Source: Clostridiales bacterium
GTDB taxonomy: Bacteria; Bacillota; Clostridia; Lachnospirales; JAQSXR01
NCBI GenBank assembly: GCA_029256575.1
Contig: JAQSXR010000006.1
Coordinates: forward strand, 10,202 to 74,201
Length of the DNA: 64,000 bases
Direction: 5' to 3'
The position numbers were made by a program, and so were the translations under genes. Each line of letters opens with the position of its first letter. Within the stretch, counting starts at the first letter, position 1. Shown here piece after piece: positions 9,938 through 18,826 of the stretch. Under the pieces are notes generated by a model. It saw only the letters and a list, made by a program, of their open reading frames with translations. It did not search any database and was not told the origin of the DNA.

Positions 9938-10609
9938 TTATTTTCTATAAAATTCTGTTCCATTCCATTCAAATACATTTTCTATATCCATTGCTAACGA
10001 ATTATCATAATACTTGATTACAAAAGACGTATCCGTTTTTTTTGTAAGTTTTGTTGAATAGTATCCTGTAGTGTTACTAATAAATAAAGATGAATTATCT
10101 TTAATTGGTAAAACATCTATTTTTCCATCTTTTCTTATTGTAAATAGCTTATACGAACGGCCATTGCTTGATGCATATTGGCCAATTGTAAAATCGAAAT
10201 CCCCATCATTATTGTAATCATCAAATTCTATTTCAAATGCAGATGTAAAAATTAGTGCCTCATTATATACTGTACTCAAATCAATTTGACTAATACTATT
10301 ACCCAAATCATCCACCAATTCAATAACAAAATAACCTTCCCATATAGTACCCATGTATGGGCTTGGAGACCAATCTTCATAGTATTTGCCTTTTACCATT
10401 TGTAATCTCAAATATTGATTTTCACCATATAGTGGATACATATCATTATTCGATAATGTCATCGGTGACAGAACTGTAATAGCAGATGAAGTATCCTCGT
10501 TCTCAACAGCGTAATTAATGGAGGCATTCTCGTTAACTCTATGAAAACTTGACGAAAGTATAATAATGATTACAAAAGCTAAAACTGGAATATAAATTTT
10601 TTTATTCAA
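9938..10609 (-). CDS. Membrane-anchored or secreted hypothetical protein
   Basis: 223 aa. N-terminal hydrophobic anchor KKIYIPVLAFVIIIILSSS. DYNNDGDFDF is an FG-GAP/VCBS-like motif. Confidence 0.45.
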   Translation of the reverse strand: MNKKIYIPVLAFVIIIILSSSFHRVNENASINYAVENEDTSSAITVLSPMTLSNNDMYPLYGENQYLRLQMVKGKYYEDWSPSPYMGTIWEGYFVIELVDDLGNSISQIDLSTVYNEALIFTSAFEIEFDDYNNDGDFDFTIGQYASSNGRSYKLFTIRKDGKIDVLPIKDNSSLFISNTTGYYSTKLTKKTDTSFVIKYYDNSLAMDIENVFEWNGTEFYRK

Positions 10610-11087
10610 CGTACATCTTCCTTTCTGTTGTTAAATTACATCTTAACTTCTTCCATTCTTCCCACAAAATTGCATATTGAAACCTATCGCACCATTCAGC
10701 ATCAGCTATAATGCGTCTAAGACCGAGCGTCCCAAACGCGAAATTTAACAGTTCTGTTCCTATTTCTGTTCCATAACCCTGTCTCCAATAGTTGCGGTGT
10801 ATTGTCCAACCTAATTCAGGTTCAATATCTAAATTAAAAATTGAAGCAACTCCAATTAAAGCCCCGGTTTCTTTGATTATTGTTGCAAATTCAAAGTTTT
10901 TACATTCTTCTTCATTCGAATTTGATATTGCCCAATCTAAATATTTATGTGTTTCTTCTTCGCTCAATGTACTTTTTCGAAACTTCATATTTTCGTTATT
11001 GCCAAGCCAATCATACACAATCGGAAAATCGCTCTCACGAAGTTTCCGAAACAGGAAACGTTCTGTTTCAAATTCTGTAAAGTTCAT
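10602..11087 (-). CDS. GNAT family N-acetyltransferase (C-terminal part looks shortened)
   Basis: 161 aa. The WRQGYGTE acetyl-CoA motif is present. After LGLRRIIA the expected about 30-aa segment seems absent. 8-nt overlap with the downstream ORF. Confidence 0.65.
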   Translation of the reverse strand: MNFTEFETERFLFRKLRESDFPIVYDWLGNNENMKFRKSTLSEEETHKYLDWAISNSNEEECKNFEFATIIKETGALIGVASIFNLDIEPELGWTIHRNYWRQGYGTEIGTELLNFAFGTLGLRRIIADAEWCDRFQYAILWEEWKKLRCNLTTERKMYVE

Positions 11088-11178
11088 TTAGTACTCCTTC
11101 TAATGGCTGTTAATTCCTTTTATTGATTTCGGATGAACTTCTTATGTGTTCATCTCTATTCCTCTCAAATCGTGAATT

Positions 11179-11580
11179 CTATAACAACGCAAAATGTGCA
11201 CTCTCGATAATCGATTTCATTTGACATAAGCAAAATGGGTGTCCGGCGGGGTCAATCATAACTCTCCAATTATCAGAAAATTGTTCATCTGCGATTGCTG
11301 CTCCACAATGGATTGCATATTGTACTGCTTTTTCTAAGTCATTAACGGCGAAGTCTATATGTGCCATTTGCTGTTGAGCTTCAGGCTCTTCCGGCCACAC
11401 AGGCGGTTTATACTCAGGATTTTGTTGAAACAATATACTAGGATATGTTCCTTCATTGGTTCCTGGTGCGTATACACATGCCCACCCTTCATCGATCAAC
11501 ATCATTTCCCACTTAAGTAATACCGCATAAAATTTTGCTAATTTCTGCGGGTCTTTGCAATCCAACGTAAATGAGTACAT
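11179..11580 (-). CDS. VOC / glyoxalase-bleomycin-resistance family protein
   Basis: 133 aa. Typical VOC pattern (HIDFAV.DLE.A, DPAGHPFCL). Confidence 0.75.
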   Translation of the reverse strand: MYSFTLDCKDPQKLAKFYAVLLKWEMMLIDEGWACVYAPGTNEGTYPSILFQQNPEYKPPVWPEEPEAQQQMAHIDFAVNDLEKAVQYAIHCGAAIADEQFSDNWRVMIDPAGHPFCLCQMKSIIESAHFALL

Positions 11581-11713
11581 TTTGAGATTTTTGGCTCGGT
11601 CTGTATAATGGTACCGATTAACTAAATACCTATTAACCTTGCAAATTAAACCTATTAAAGTTAAGTTTAGTATAAAAATATGAAATATTAGATGGTTAAT
11701 AAATCATGTAAAT

Positions 11714-12163
11714 TTAGTTTTTTAAAGACAATTCAATGTTATCTTCATATTCTTCGTTATTTTTTGTGTATTCAATCTTTAAATATACATGATTAAAGTC
11801 ATATTCATTTTCTATATTAACAACATTTTCATTACTTACAATTTTTGTATCACCTTCCGTCATTTCTTTTCCATAAATATCAAGTCTTGTGAATATATCG
11901 TCAGCATTATATATAGAGCTTTCTTTATTAGTTTCACATACCATAACCTTACAAGACCATGATTTACCTTCATCAATTGTTCCATCACCAATATATGTAA
12001 GCTTAATTTTTACAGAAGCGCCCCCGTCTTTTAATGAAATGTTCCCATTCTTAACTGACCAATCACCGTTTTGAGATACAGCTTCACTAAATTTATATGT
12101 ATCGGTTTTTCTACACCCTGTAAGCATTATAATTACAAGAAAAATCAATATTAATTTTTTCAT
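11714..12163 (-). CDS. Lipoprotein, unknown function
   Basis: 149 aa. MKKLILIFLVIIMLTGC signal peptide plus lipobox. Confidence 0.6.
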   Translation of the reverse strand: MKKLILIFLVIIMLTGCRKTDTYKFSEAVSQNGDWSVKNGNISLKDGGASVKIKLTYIGDGTIDEGKSWSCKVMVCETNKESSIYNADDIFTRLDIYGKEMTEGDTKIVSNENVVNIENEYDFNHVYLKIEYTKNNEEYEDNIELSLKN

Positions 12164-12716
12164 TTTTAATTCCCATCCTTTATTAATAAGTTAAATTCCA
12201 TTCATTTGAAAATACACTTTTATATTAATGTAATTAATGCTCTAAAATTTTGTTACTTCAATATAAGCATCTAATCAATAATATCGATAATTATATCGTT
12301 ATTTATTATTTATGTCAACTTTTCCCAATAACAATTACACACAGGGTAAAAGGTTATTGGTATTTTTTCTTATATCGAGCATTAGTTTTAATCATATCGG
12401 AGATTTAACCATTCGACTCTCCCAAAGAAACATGGCGGGGATCAAAGAACCCTTTATTAATTTTCTTTCATAAACACCAAGTGTTTCGTTGTAAAAACAT
12501 CGTCCATAAGATTGTATAAATAAGAGTGGGTGTGCTTAGCTTTAGCAGATACTATTGTTTATGTTTTTATTCACAAAACAAGTGAGAAAGGAATAATAAT
12601 GTCACACAAGAATAAAAAATCTCTAGTTGAAAGCGATGTACTCATGAGCACTCAAAAACACAGAAATAAAAAATCGCCAGATTCCTTTTTAAAATAAGGA
12701 CTTCTGACGAAATTAG

Positions 12717-12740
12717 TTAAGCTCGAGACGGGATTCGAAC
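12717..12740 (-). repeat. Direct repeat of the tRNA-Gly 3' end (att-like core, copy A)
   Basis: ttaagcTcgagacgggattcgaac matches 17133-17156 (T-arm 3' half, acceptor 3' strand and 4 nt downstream) with 1 mismatch. A terminator-like hairpin lies on the lower-coordinate side. Confidence 0.6.
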
Positions 12741-12848
12741 AAATCCCCGCACACACAAATACTGATAAATAGGAGGTTTGCGGCTTCTGTTATTTATCTG
12801 CACACATACTTGCACACATGAGAAGTGTGCTTGATTACCTTCACAATG

Positions 12849-13667
12849 TTATAATTTTCTATATATAGAATTACCAATTTGTGCTATTTCCGAAGTGATT
12901 TTCTTTAATTCTTCAACTGATATTACTATCGTATTGTTTGATATAGAATTTTCAATTATTTTTAGTAATCGGTCATAAAAATCATCGGGTTTATTTTTAA
13001 ATTCTTTGATGTATTCCTCACTTCTTTTTCTACTTGGAAAATACATGAAGTTTATCGCAAACAGTGCTTGCAATAAATGGTCTAAAGAATTTTCTAGTAC
13101 ACTATGGTAAAACATAACCTCTTTTCGTAACATCACTCTTCCTAAATCCTCGTCATTTAATACATTTGAAATATGAAAATCAAATAATCTTTCAAACAAA
13201 TCGATAGGATACTTCTTAACTTTTTCTATCAATGACGTCCATTCAGTATTACTCTCATACAATATATTAATGCTTTCAACACTAGATAATCTTCCTGTTG
13301 GATAGAATCCACCTTCTCTGTCTAAATGTTTTCCATTTAAAACATCATCTAAGTAATATTCCATTTCTTCAGTCGTAAAATACATAAACATGACATCAAT
13401 TCCATCAATAATTAATATATCTCCATAACCCCATATTCCCCCATTACACACATTCATCAGACATTCTGAATATTCATTAGAATAATTTGAATAGACACTT
13501 TTTCTTTCAGCTTCTGTTGGAATTGTGGTACATAAAACAAACATATCAATATCGCTATTACCAGGTATCAGGTCTGCATTAATATCCCCCGTTTGACCAA
13601 TTCCTTTGATTTTATTATTTTGAGATAATTCACTTACCAGCTTATCTTTAGTTTCTATAACATTCAT
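12849..13667 (-). CDS. Nucleotidyltransferase-domain protein (DUF4037-like C-terminal domain)
   Basis: 272 aa. G.(x)SD.D pattern: GIGQTGDINADLIPGNSDIDMFVL, typical of pol-beta-fold NTases. Confidence 0.6.
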   Translation of the reverse strand: MNVIETKDKLVSELSQNNKIKGIGQTGDINADLIPGNSDIDMFVLCTTIPTEAERKSVYSNYSNEYSECLMNVCNGGIWGYGDILIIDGIDVMFMYFTTEEMEYYLDDVLNGKHLDREGGFYPTGRLSSVESINILYESNTEWTSLIEKVKKYPIDLFERLFDFHISNVLNDEDLGRVMLRKEVMFYHSVLENSLDHLLQALFAINFMYFPSRKRSEEYIKEFKNKPDDFYDRLLKIIENSISNNTIVISVEELKKITSEIAQIGNSIYRKL

Positions 13668-14237
13668 TTTATTCCTCCAATTTTAACGTTCAACAATTTA
13701 ATTTCTTAATTATACTTTTTTATAGATGGTAAGTCAATATCTGTTAAAAAGTGAGCAGATGCCTTGGTCATAATGCATCAATATCATTGCAGAACATTAT
13801 CTACGCCAACTCTTTTGCCCGCAGGATCTGCGGGCATATTGTAGAAAAAAGCTTCGTTTATAGAATTACCTGACATATTGTTCTATGAAACATGAAACAA
13901 AAAGTGTTTCAAAAACAATAACAGGAGGTCACATTATTATGCTTGATGCATTATCTATCTTGCAGAAAGCTTTTGAATGTGGTAGCTTGGATGCAACAGA
14001 AGTCGTAATAAAAATAAATATGACCAAAAAGTAGGATATTCATGTTTAAGAAATTCTATTACTTTGCCGAAATATTCTATTTACTCTGTTTTGGTCATTA
14101 ATAAAATCCTTACTTCCAATCTCTGAAAGTTTTGAATTTGTCTATATTGGCGTCATGCTCAAGAACAACAAATATAATATATCAACAACGAACTATCAGA
14201 TCGTAACTTTTTAAAATACTATGTACATTTAAAGTTA

Positions 14238-15083
14238 TTAATTTATTATTAACTTTCGACAATCTTGAGCTTGTACAACTTGGAAACCAGTATTATTATA
14301 AAGTTTTAATGCCTTATCATTGTTAGCTAGCGCGTTTAAGTTCACTGCTGCTGCATTTTGCTCTAATCCTCTATTTACTGTAAATTCTAATATCTTTCTA
14401 CCATAGCCTTTTCCTTGTTATTTAATATTTACGAACAACAAATCTATCTCAGCATTCTTAACCATTGAAGCCCCTATCATCTCATTACCTTCAAAAAACA
14501 AATAAATGTATTCTCTATTTTCATATGTTCTTTTTCTATTATCTTCAAGGGCTTCTTTACTGGCACTTAGATACCAATTATATGGTTGGATCTCATTTTG
14601 TTCCCTTAATACTGCAAAGGCTTCGCTCTCAAGCCTTATCTTATCCTCATAATGCTTATCTTCATATTTTACTACGCAAATATCAGGTTCATCAAATTTA
14701 AGTCCCTCATAAGAAAGACGATATACAGAATTCCAATACTCGAATCCAATCCTATTAAAAAACTGCTGCCATTCTAGATTATCCTTCACGTGAAATGTTT
14801 TAATAAAATTAATAGACTTCTCTGAAAACACCTTTTTCATCTCATCCCAAAGTAATAAACCCACTGGCATTATTAGTTCATTACTCGCAGCGCCCATCTC
14901 TAGGTAACAAGATCCACCATTTATTCCCATATGACTAAAGCCTTGAATAATGTCATTTTCTTCATAGACCAAAATTTTAGAAGCAGATTTTAATACTTCA
15001 ATTTCTTCTGGCATTGCCTTGTACTCTAATGTATATATCCTAACTATTTCATCAATGTCTGTTTGTTTATAATCTCTTATCAT
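14238..15083 (-). pseudogene. GNAT acetyltransferase interrupted by an in-frame TAA just before the Q-x-x-G-x-G motif
   Basis: ORF 14418-15083 ends ...LLFVNIK with TAA at 14418-14420. The same frame continues QGKGYGRKILEFTVNRGLEQNAAAVNLNALANNDKALKLYNNTGFQVV... to TAA at 14238-14240. Confidence 0.7.
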
Positions 15084-15622
15084 AGTGGTCTCCTATACTT
15101 TTAATGCTACATTATTTGTAAATAATACACTTGATATCTCATTAAATCTATGAATATATCAATAACTTTACTCATTATAACATTCTTTCTTTTGCTTTAG
15201 AACATAGTAACCGGTTATTGGAGGGTTGCACATTTTTATGAAACAAATCAATCTGGAAGGCAAAAAACTTTTGCAAGAATACTTTACTTGCGGTTCAATG
15301 AAGTCGGATGAGCTGGAAAGTATAGCGAAAGAAATGAAGAAAGAATAAGTATCGCAGAAACACCATACCAGATAACACCGCCAGGTAGGAGTGGGGGACG
15401 ATGGATGACCTTTATCCATGATACAGAGGTGAATAAGAGGGTTAAAATAACTTCCTACACCGAAGATGGGATATATCAGCAACTAATCTAAATTTATTTT
15501 CCAGCAAAGAAAAGCTACAAGCTCTTACAGAGATGAATGGTATTGACGTACTCAAGGGTACTCAAATTGAATGAAAAAAATCCTTAGAAGCCTTAATTTT
15601 TTAAGATTTCTAAGGAAATTAG

Positions 15623-15647
15623 TTAAGTGCGAGACGGGATTCGAACC
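15623..15647 (-). repeat. Direct repeat of the tRNA-Gly 3' end (att-like core, copy B)
   Basis: ttaagTgcgagacgggattcgaacc matches 17133-17157 with 1 mismatch. Both flanks resemble those of copy A (aaattagttaag on one side, acaaatactga on the other). Confidence 0.6.
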
Positions 15648-15743
15648 ATAATCATGTCCTACAAATACTGAAAAGAAAGGGGTTCCATCCACTCTGATTT
15701 ATGTGTACATAATAGTGCACATATATTTTTTCCAAATATAGAA

Positions 15744-16535
15744 TTACTTCTTTAGTAGGTTTACAATATCATCCAATTGATAATTTTTGCTTTCTACATC
15801 AATGCATCTTTTATGTAACAACTCATTTGATATCCTTTTTTCTATTGAAATTCTTCTGTTAAAATGTGATAATAGGTCATCAAAATTTTCATAATTATGA
15901 GACTTTCCATAAGGAGATTGATTTAAATAGTCCATCATTAAATGATACCAAGCTTCTTCTCCTTGCTCATTAATACGTTCTTCTTTAATATGTTTAATGC
16001 TATTCTTTATATCAGTACTTATCAATCGAATTACCAAAAAATCATCTGAAATATCAGCTATCAATTTACTATAAAATTCTAAAATCTGCTCATCGTCATA
16101 TTCAGCGAATAGCATTAATTCCTCAATTATGTTTTGGAAAAATGCACATTCAAAAACATTTCCTGTCTCATTTAATTTATGAAATCTTTCCATTATGATT
16201 TTACTAAAATCTTGGATATTTCTTCGTCCACCGTATATTTCATACTGTTCCATATATCTATAGAAATCAGGATTATTTATATGAATCCGAGTATATGAAA
16301 CTATATAATGATTATCTTCTCTTTTAGAATTTTCTTTAATTTTTAGCTCTAATTGTGGCCAATCTTCAATTGCCTTTTTATACTGTTCACTCGTCATATA
16401 TGAACACCAAGCAAGTTCAACAGGTGAAATATCTCCTTCATAATAAAATTTATACTCTGGAAAACTCTTCTGTAATCCACCTAGTAATGTACTTTTCCCA
16501 CTTCCGGGAATTCCTTCTATGAAAACATTAAGCAT
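15744..16535 (-). CDS. P-loop NTPase / kinase-like protein (deoxynucleoside-kinase-like fold suspected)
   Basis: Start moved to ATG 16535 (MLNVFIEGIPGSGKSTLL, Walker A), preceded by AAAGGAG. 263 aa. Confidence 0.55.
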   Translation of the reverse strand: MLNVFIEGIPGSGKSTLLGGLQKSFPEYKFYYEGDISPVELAWCSYMTSEQYKKAIEDWPQLELKIKENSKREDNHYIVSYTRIHINNPDFYRYMEQYEIYGGRRNIQDFSKIIMERFHKLNETGNVFECAFFQNIIEELMLFAEYDDEQILEFYSKLIADISDDFLVIRLISTDIKNSIKHIKEERINEQGEEAWYHLMMDYLNQSPYGKSHNYENFDDLLSHFNRRISIEKRISNELLHKRCIDVESKNYQLDDIVNLLKK

Positions 16536-17085
16536 ATAAAACTCCTTTTTTACATTTTTTTTATATAACACAATAAGCAATATATTAGAACTCACTGCTT
16601 CAAAAACATTTTGGAAATTCTTGCTTATTTTTTCCAAATTTTATATTATCACATAACAAAAAATAAATAAACTAAATTCTAAATCAATCAGTGTACGATT
16701 AAGTACAATATCTATTCTCTACACTTTAATAGTTGGTGTATGCTTTCTATTTTGCGAAAAAAAAGATAATCTATATTCGCCAGTAAAAGCAATTAAATTA
16801 ATATGATTATATGCCAAATAGAGTATAACATTTTACCAAAAGCGACATGATAACAGTTACTCGTTGGAATCTTCGAGTAAACAGTATCATGTCATTTTTT
16901 TAGATATCGTTAATTAATTTGATAATAGCATATTATATGTGAATTTATGATGAATGGAGATAAAATAACAAACAAAATCATTAAAACATTTGATAGTTTG
17001 CGCATACATCTTCCTCAGCACAAACTAATTCATAGAGAAGGCTGGAGGATATTGCACTCATCCTACACACATTATTTTGAGACAC

Positions 17086-17130
17086 AAAAAAAACAGGAAA
17101 GCTTGATTTTATCAGCTTTCCTGTTTTTTT
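17086..17130. terminator. Bidirectional hairpin terminator downstream of tRNA-Gly
   Basis: A7-acaggaaagc-(loop)-gctttcctgt-T7. Confidence 0.65.
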
Positions 17131-17135
17131 CATTA

Positions 17136-17207
17136 AGCGCGAGACGGGATTCGAACCCGCGACCCTCGCCTTGGCAAGGCGATACTCCACCACTGAGCCA
17201 CTCGCGC
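17136..17207 (-). tRNA. tRNA-Gly (anticodon GCC)
   Basis: Minus strand: GCGCGAG-TG-GCTC...TCGCC-TTGCCAA-GGCGA...GCGGG-TTCGAAT-CCCGT-CTCGCGC-T. Cloverleaf folded by hand. No encoded CCA. Confidence 0.9.
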
Positions 17208-17353
17208 ATATTATATCTCTTTCAACAAAGGTTAGTATACCAAAAAGCTATTTTGATGTCAACCATTTTTTCAACTTTTTCATCATTTATGTAAACCAAA
17301 AATTAATGAGTTATATTATTCATTCTAGTTGATACTTTAAATATATGCACCCA

Positions 17354-17611
17354 TTATCTATTTGTTGTAAAAAAGATAATAAAATCATCTACTTCTTCTT
17401 TCGAGCATGTCCCTGATTTTCGCTTAATTAATAAGCATTCAAAAGCTATAAAGATATTGATGGATTGTACCTCTTCCTCGCTTACTTTCTGCTCTAATAA
17501 TTCAATTCTAAATTCCCTAAGTTTACTTAAAGCACACTCTAATGTCTTATCGCTCAATTCATCTCTAAGCTCCTTATACAATGAATTAAACTTCTCTTTA
17601 TCATATCTCAA
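17354..17611 (-). CDS. Hypothetical 85-aa protein
   Basis: TTG start with AAGGGGG about 9 nt upstream. No recognisable motifs. Confidence 0.35.
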   Translation of the reverse strand: MRYDKEKFNSLYKELRDELSDKTLECALSKLREFRIELLEQKVSEEEVQSINIFIAFECLLIKRKSGTCSKEEVDDFIIFFTTNR

Positions 17612-17650
17612 GCTAATCAGCCCCCTTCAAATATAATAATTTACGAACTC

Positions 17651-17762
17651 TCCCCTATCTCTTAATCTCCTATTTCTAATCTCCTATTTCCTTTCTCCTA
17701 TCTCCTATTTCCTATTTCCTATTTCTTATTTCCTATTTCCTATTTCCTATTTCCTATCTCCA
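17651..17762. repeat. Heptanucleotide tandem repeat (TCCTATT on plus, AGGAAAT/AGGAGAT on minus), about 16 units
   Basis: Direct reading: ...ctcctatttcctatttcctatttcttatttcctatttcctatttcctatttcctatctcc... Confidence 0.85.
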
Positions 17763-17865
17763 TATTATATCAACCATAAAAAAATAGCAACACTTTGTCG
17801 AACGTATGTTCTATAAAGTGTCGACATAATTCTACATAAAATATTAATTCCACGATGTATTGTTT

Positions 17866-18054
17866 CTACTTCATATCCAAGAGTAGAAATATTTGTTCTA
17901 AGTATTTTTCTCCAGATCTCTCTCCATGAATTATTAAATTTATATACTTTGGAGAAACCCCTAATGCGATCCCCAATTCAACTTGTGTCATCTGTTTATC
18001 TACAAGTGCTTTTTTTATTTTTCTCCCTAGCGGAGTCAACTTCCTATGCTTCAT
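17866..18054 (-). CDS. XRE-family helix-turn-helix regulator (small, Cro-like)
   Basis: 62 aa. MTQVELGIALGVSPKYINLIIHG is an HTH. Confidence 0.7.
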   Translation of the reverse strand: MKHRKLTPLGRKIKKALVDKQMTQVELGIALGVSPKYINLIIHGERSGEKYLEQIFLLLDMK

Positions 18055-18297
18055 AAATTTTCCCCCTTATTAAAAACTTAATAAATTCTTCAAGGTCACA
18101 CTTACGCAGCCAAAATAATTATTTATACTCATTACTACTTTAATCTTCACTTACATTTTTAATATTTACTAGGTACCCTATATATGGTAAAATTTAAACG
18201 ATATATTAGTATATCATATCAATTATATTTCTGATATCAGATATTGTCAATATTTTATTTCAGATTTCAGAACTATTTTATCATGGAGGAATTTCAG

Positions 18298-18660
18298 ATG
18301 ACGATTGGTGAGCGTATAAGAAAAAAGAGAAAAGATCTAAACTTAACCTTAAAAGATTTATATAATATTACAAATATTTCAGCTGGAAATCTTAGTGAAA
18401 TTGAAAACGGAAAATACCTACCAAGCATAACTGCTCTTCTTCAATTAAAGAATGCTTTAAATTGTTCTACAGATTGGTTACTTACTGGTGTGAATAATTT
18501 AGAAAGCAACTATATCCATGATGAAACCCCTATCTATTCTGAGAATAAACAACTTTGTAAAGTCGAAGAATTACTTCATATGTATAATACTTTAGATGAA
18601 CGAGACAAAAAAGAAATTTATGATATTATCACTTTGAAATATGAGCGAAATAAAAGATAG
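18298..18660 (+). CDS. XRE-family helix-turn-helix regulator
   Basis: Start at ATG 18298, after GGAGGA plus 7 nt. MTIGERIRKKRKDLNLTLKDLYNITNISAGNLSEIENGK is an HTH. Confidence 0.75.
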   Translation: MTIGERIRKKRKDLNLTLKDLYNITNISAGNLSEIENGKYLPSITALLQLKNALNCSTDWLLTGVNNLESNYIHDETPIYSENKQLCKVEELLHMYNTLDERDKKEIYDIITLKYERNKR

Positions 18661-18826
18661 ATTAATATATCAGGTGTTTATATTGGAAATAATTAATTAG
18701 CAATTCAGCGATAATATTTACCAGATTAATTGATTTATATTATTAAAATATGGTATCCTAACATATGACCTAACATTATGTAATATATATTTATTGCATA
18801 GAAAAACACTACAAGGAGATTTGTTC

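Noticed and set aside
7894-14420. Stop-codon recoding (selenocysteine, pyrrolysine or reassignment) to explain the in-frame TAG (7894), TGA (8944) and TAA (14418).
   Set aside because: Three different stop codons are involved. The same codons terminate conserved genes in this window (TAG for thrS, pyrD and hslO; TGA for lsrC; TAA for most others). One of the three genes also carries a frameshift. No SECIS- or PYLIS-like hairpin was evident immediately downstream. Pseudogenisation is the simpler explanation.
13939-15348. The two small Cys-containing ORFs as AgrD-like autoinducing peptide precursors.
   Set aside because: They lack the amphipathic or hydrophobic N-terminal leader, and no AgrB-like gene is adjacent. 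They are more likely element-derived regulators or gene fragments.
15168-15482. The minus-strand 104-aa ORF.
   Set aside because: It has no RBS and odd composition. The region is better explained by plus-strand mini-ORF and remnant sequences homologous to 13.9 kb and 12.6 kb.
7555-17135. An integron-like cassette array: many small co-oriented genes of typical cassette classes (GNAT, VOC, NTase, lipoprotein).
   Set aside because: There is no intI-like gene. There are no attC-type imperfect palindromes with R''/L''-L'/R' boxes between the ORFs. Several gene junctions are only 6-12 bp or overlap, which fits operons or decayed islands better.
16947-17294. ORFs 16947-17294(+) and 16981-17193(-).
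   Set aside because: They overlap tRNA-Gly and its terminator, have no RBS, and give implausible translations.
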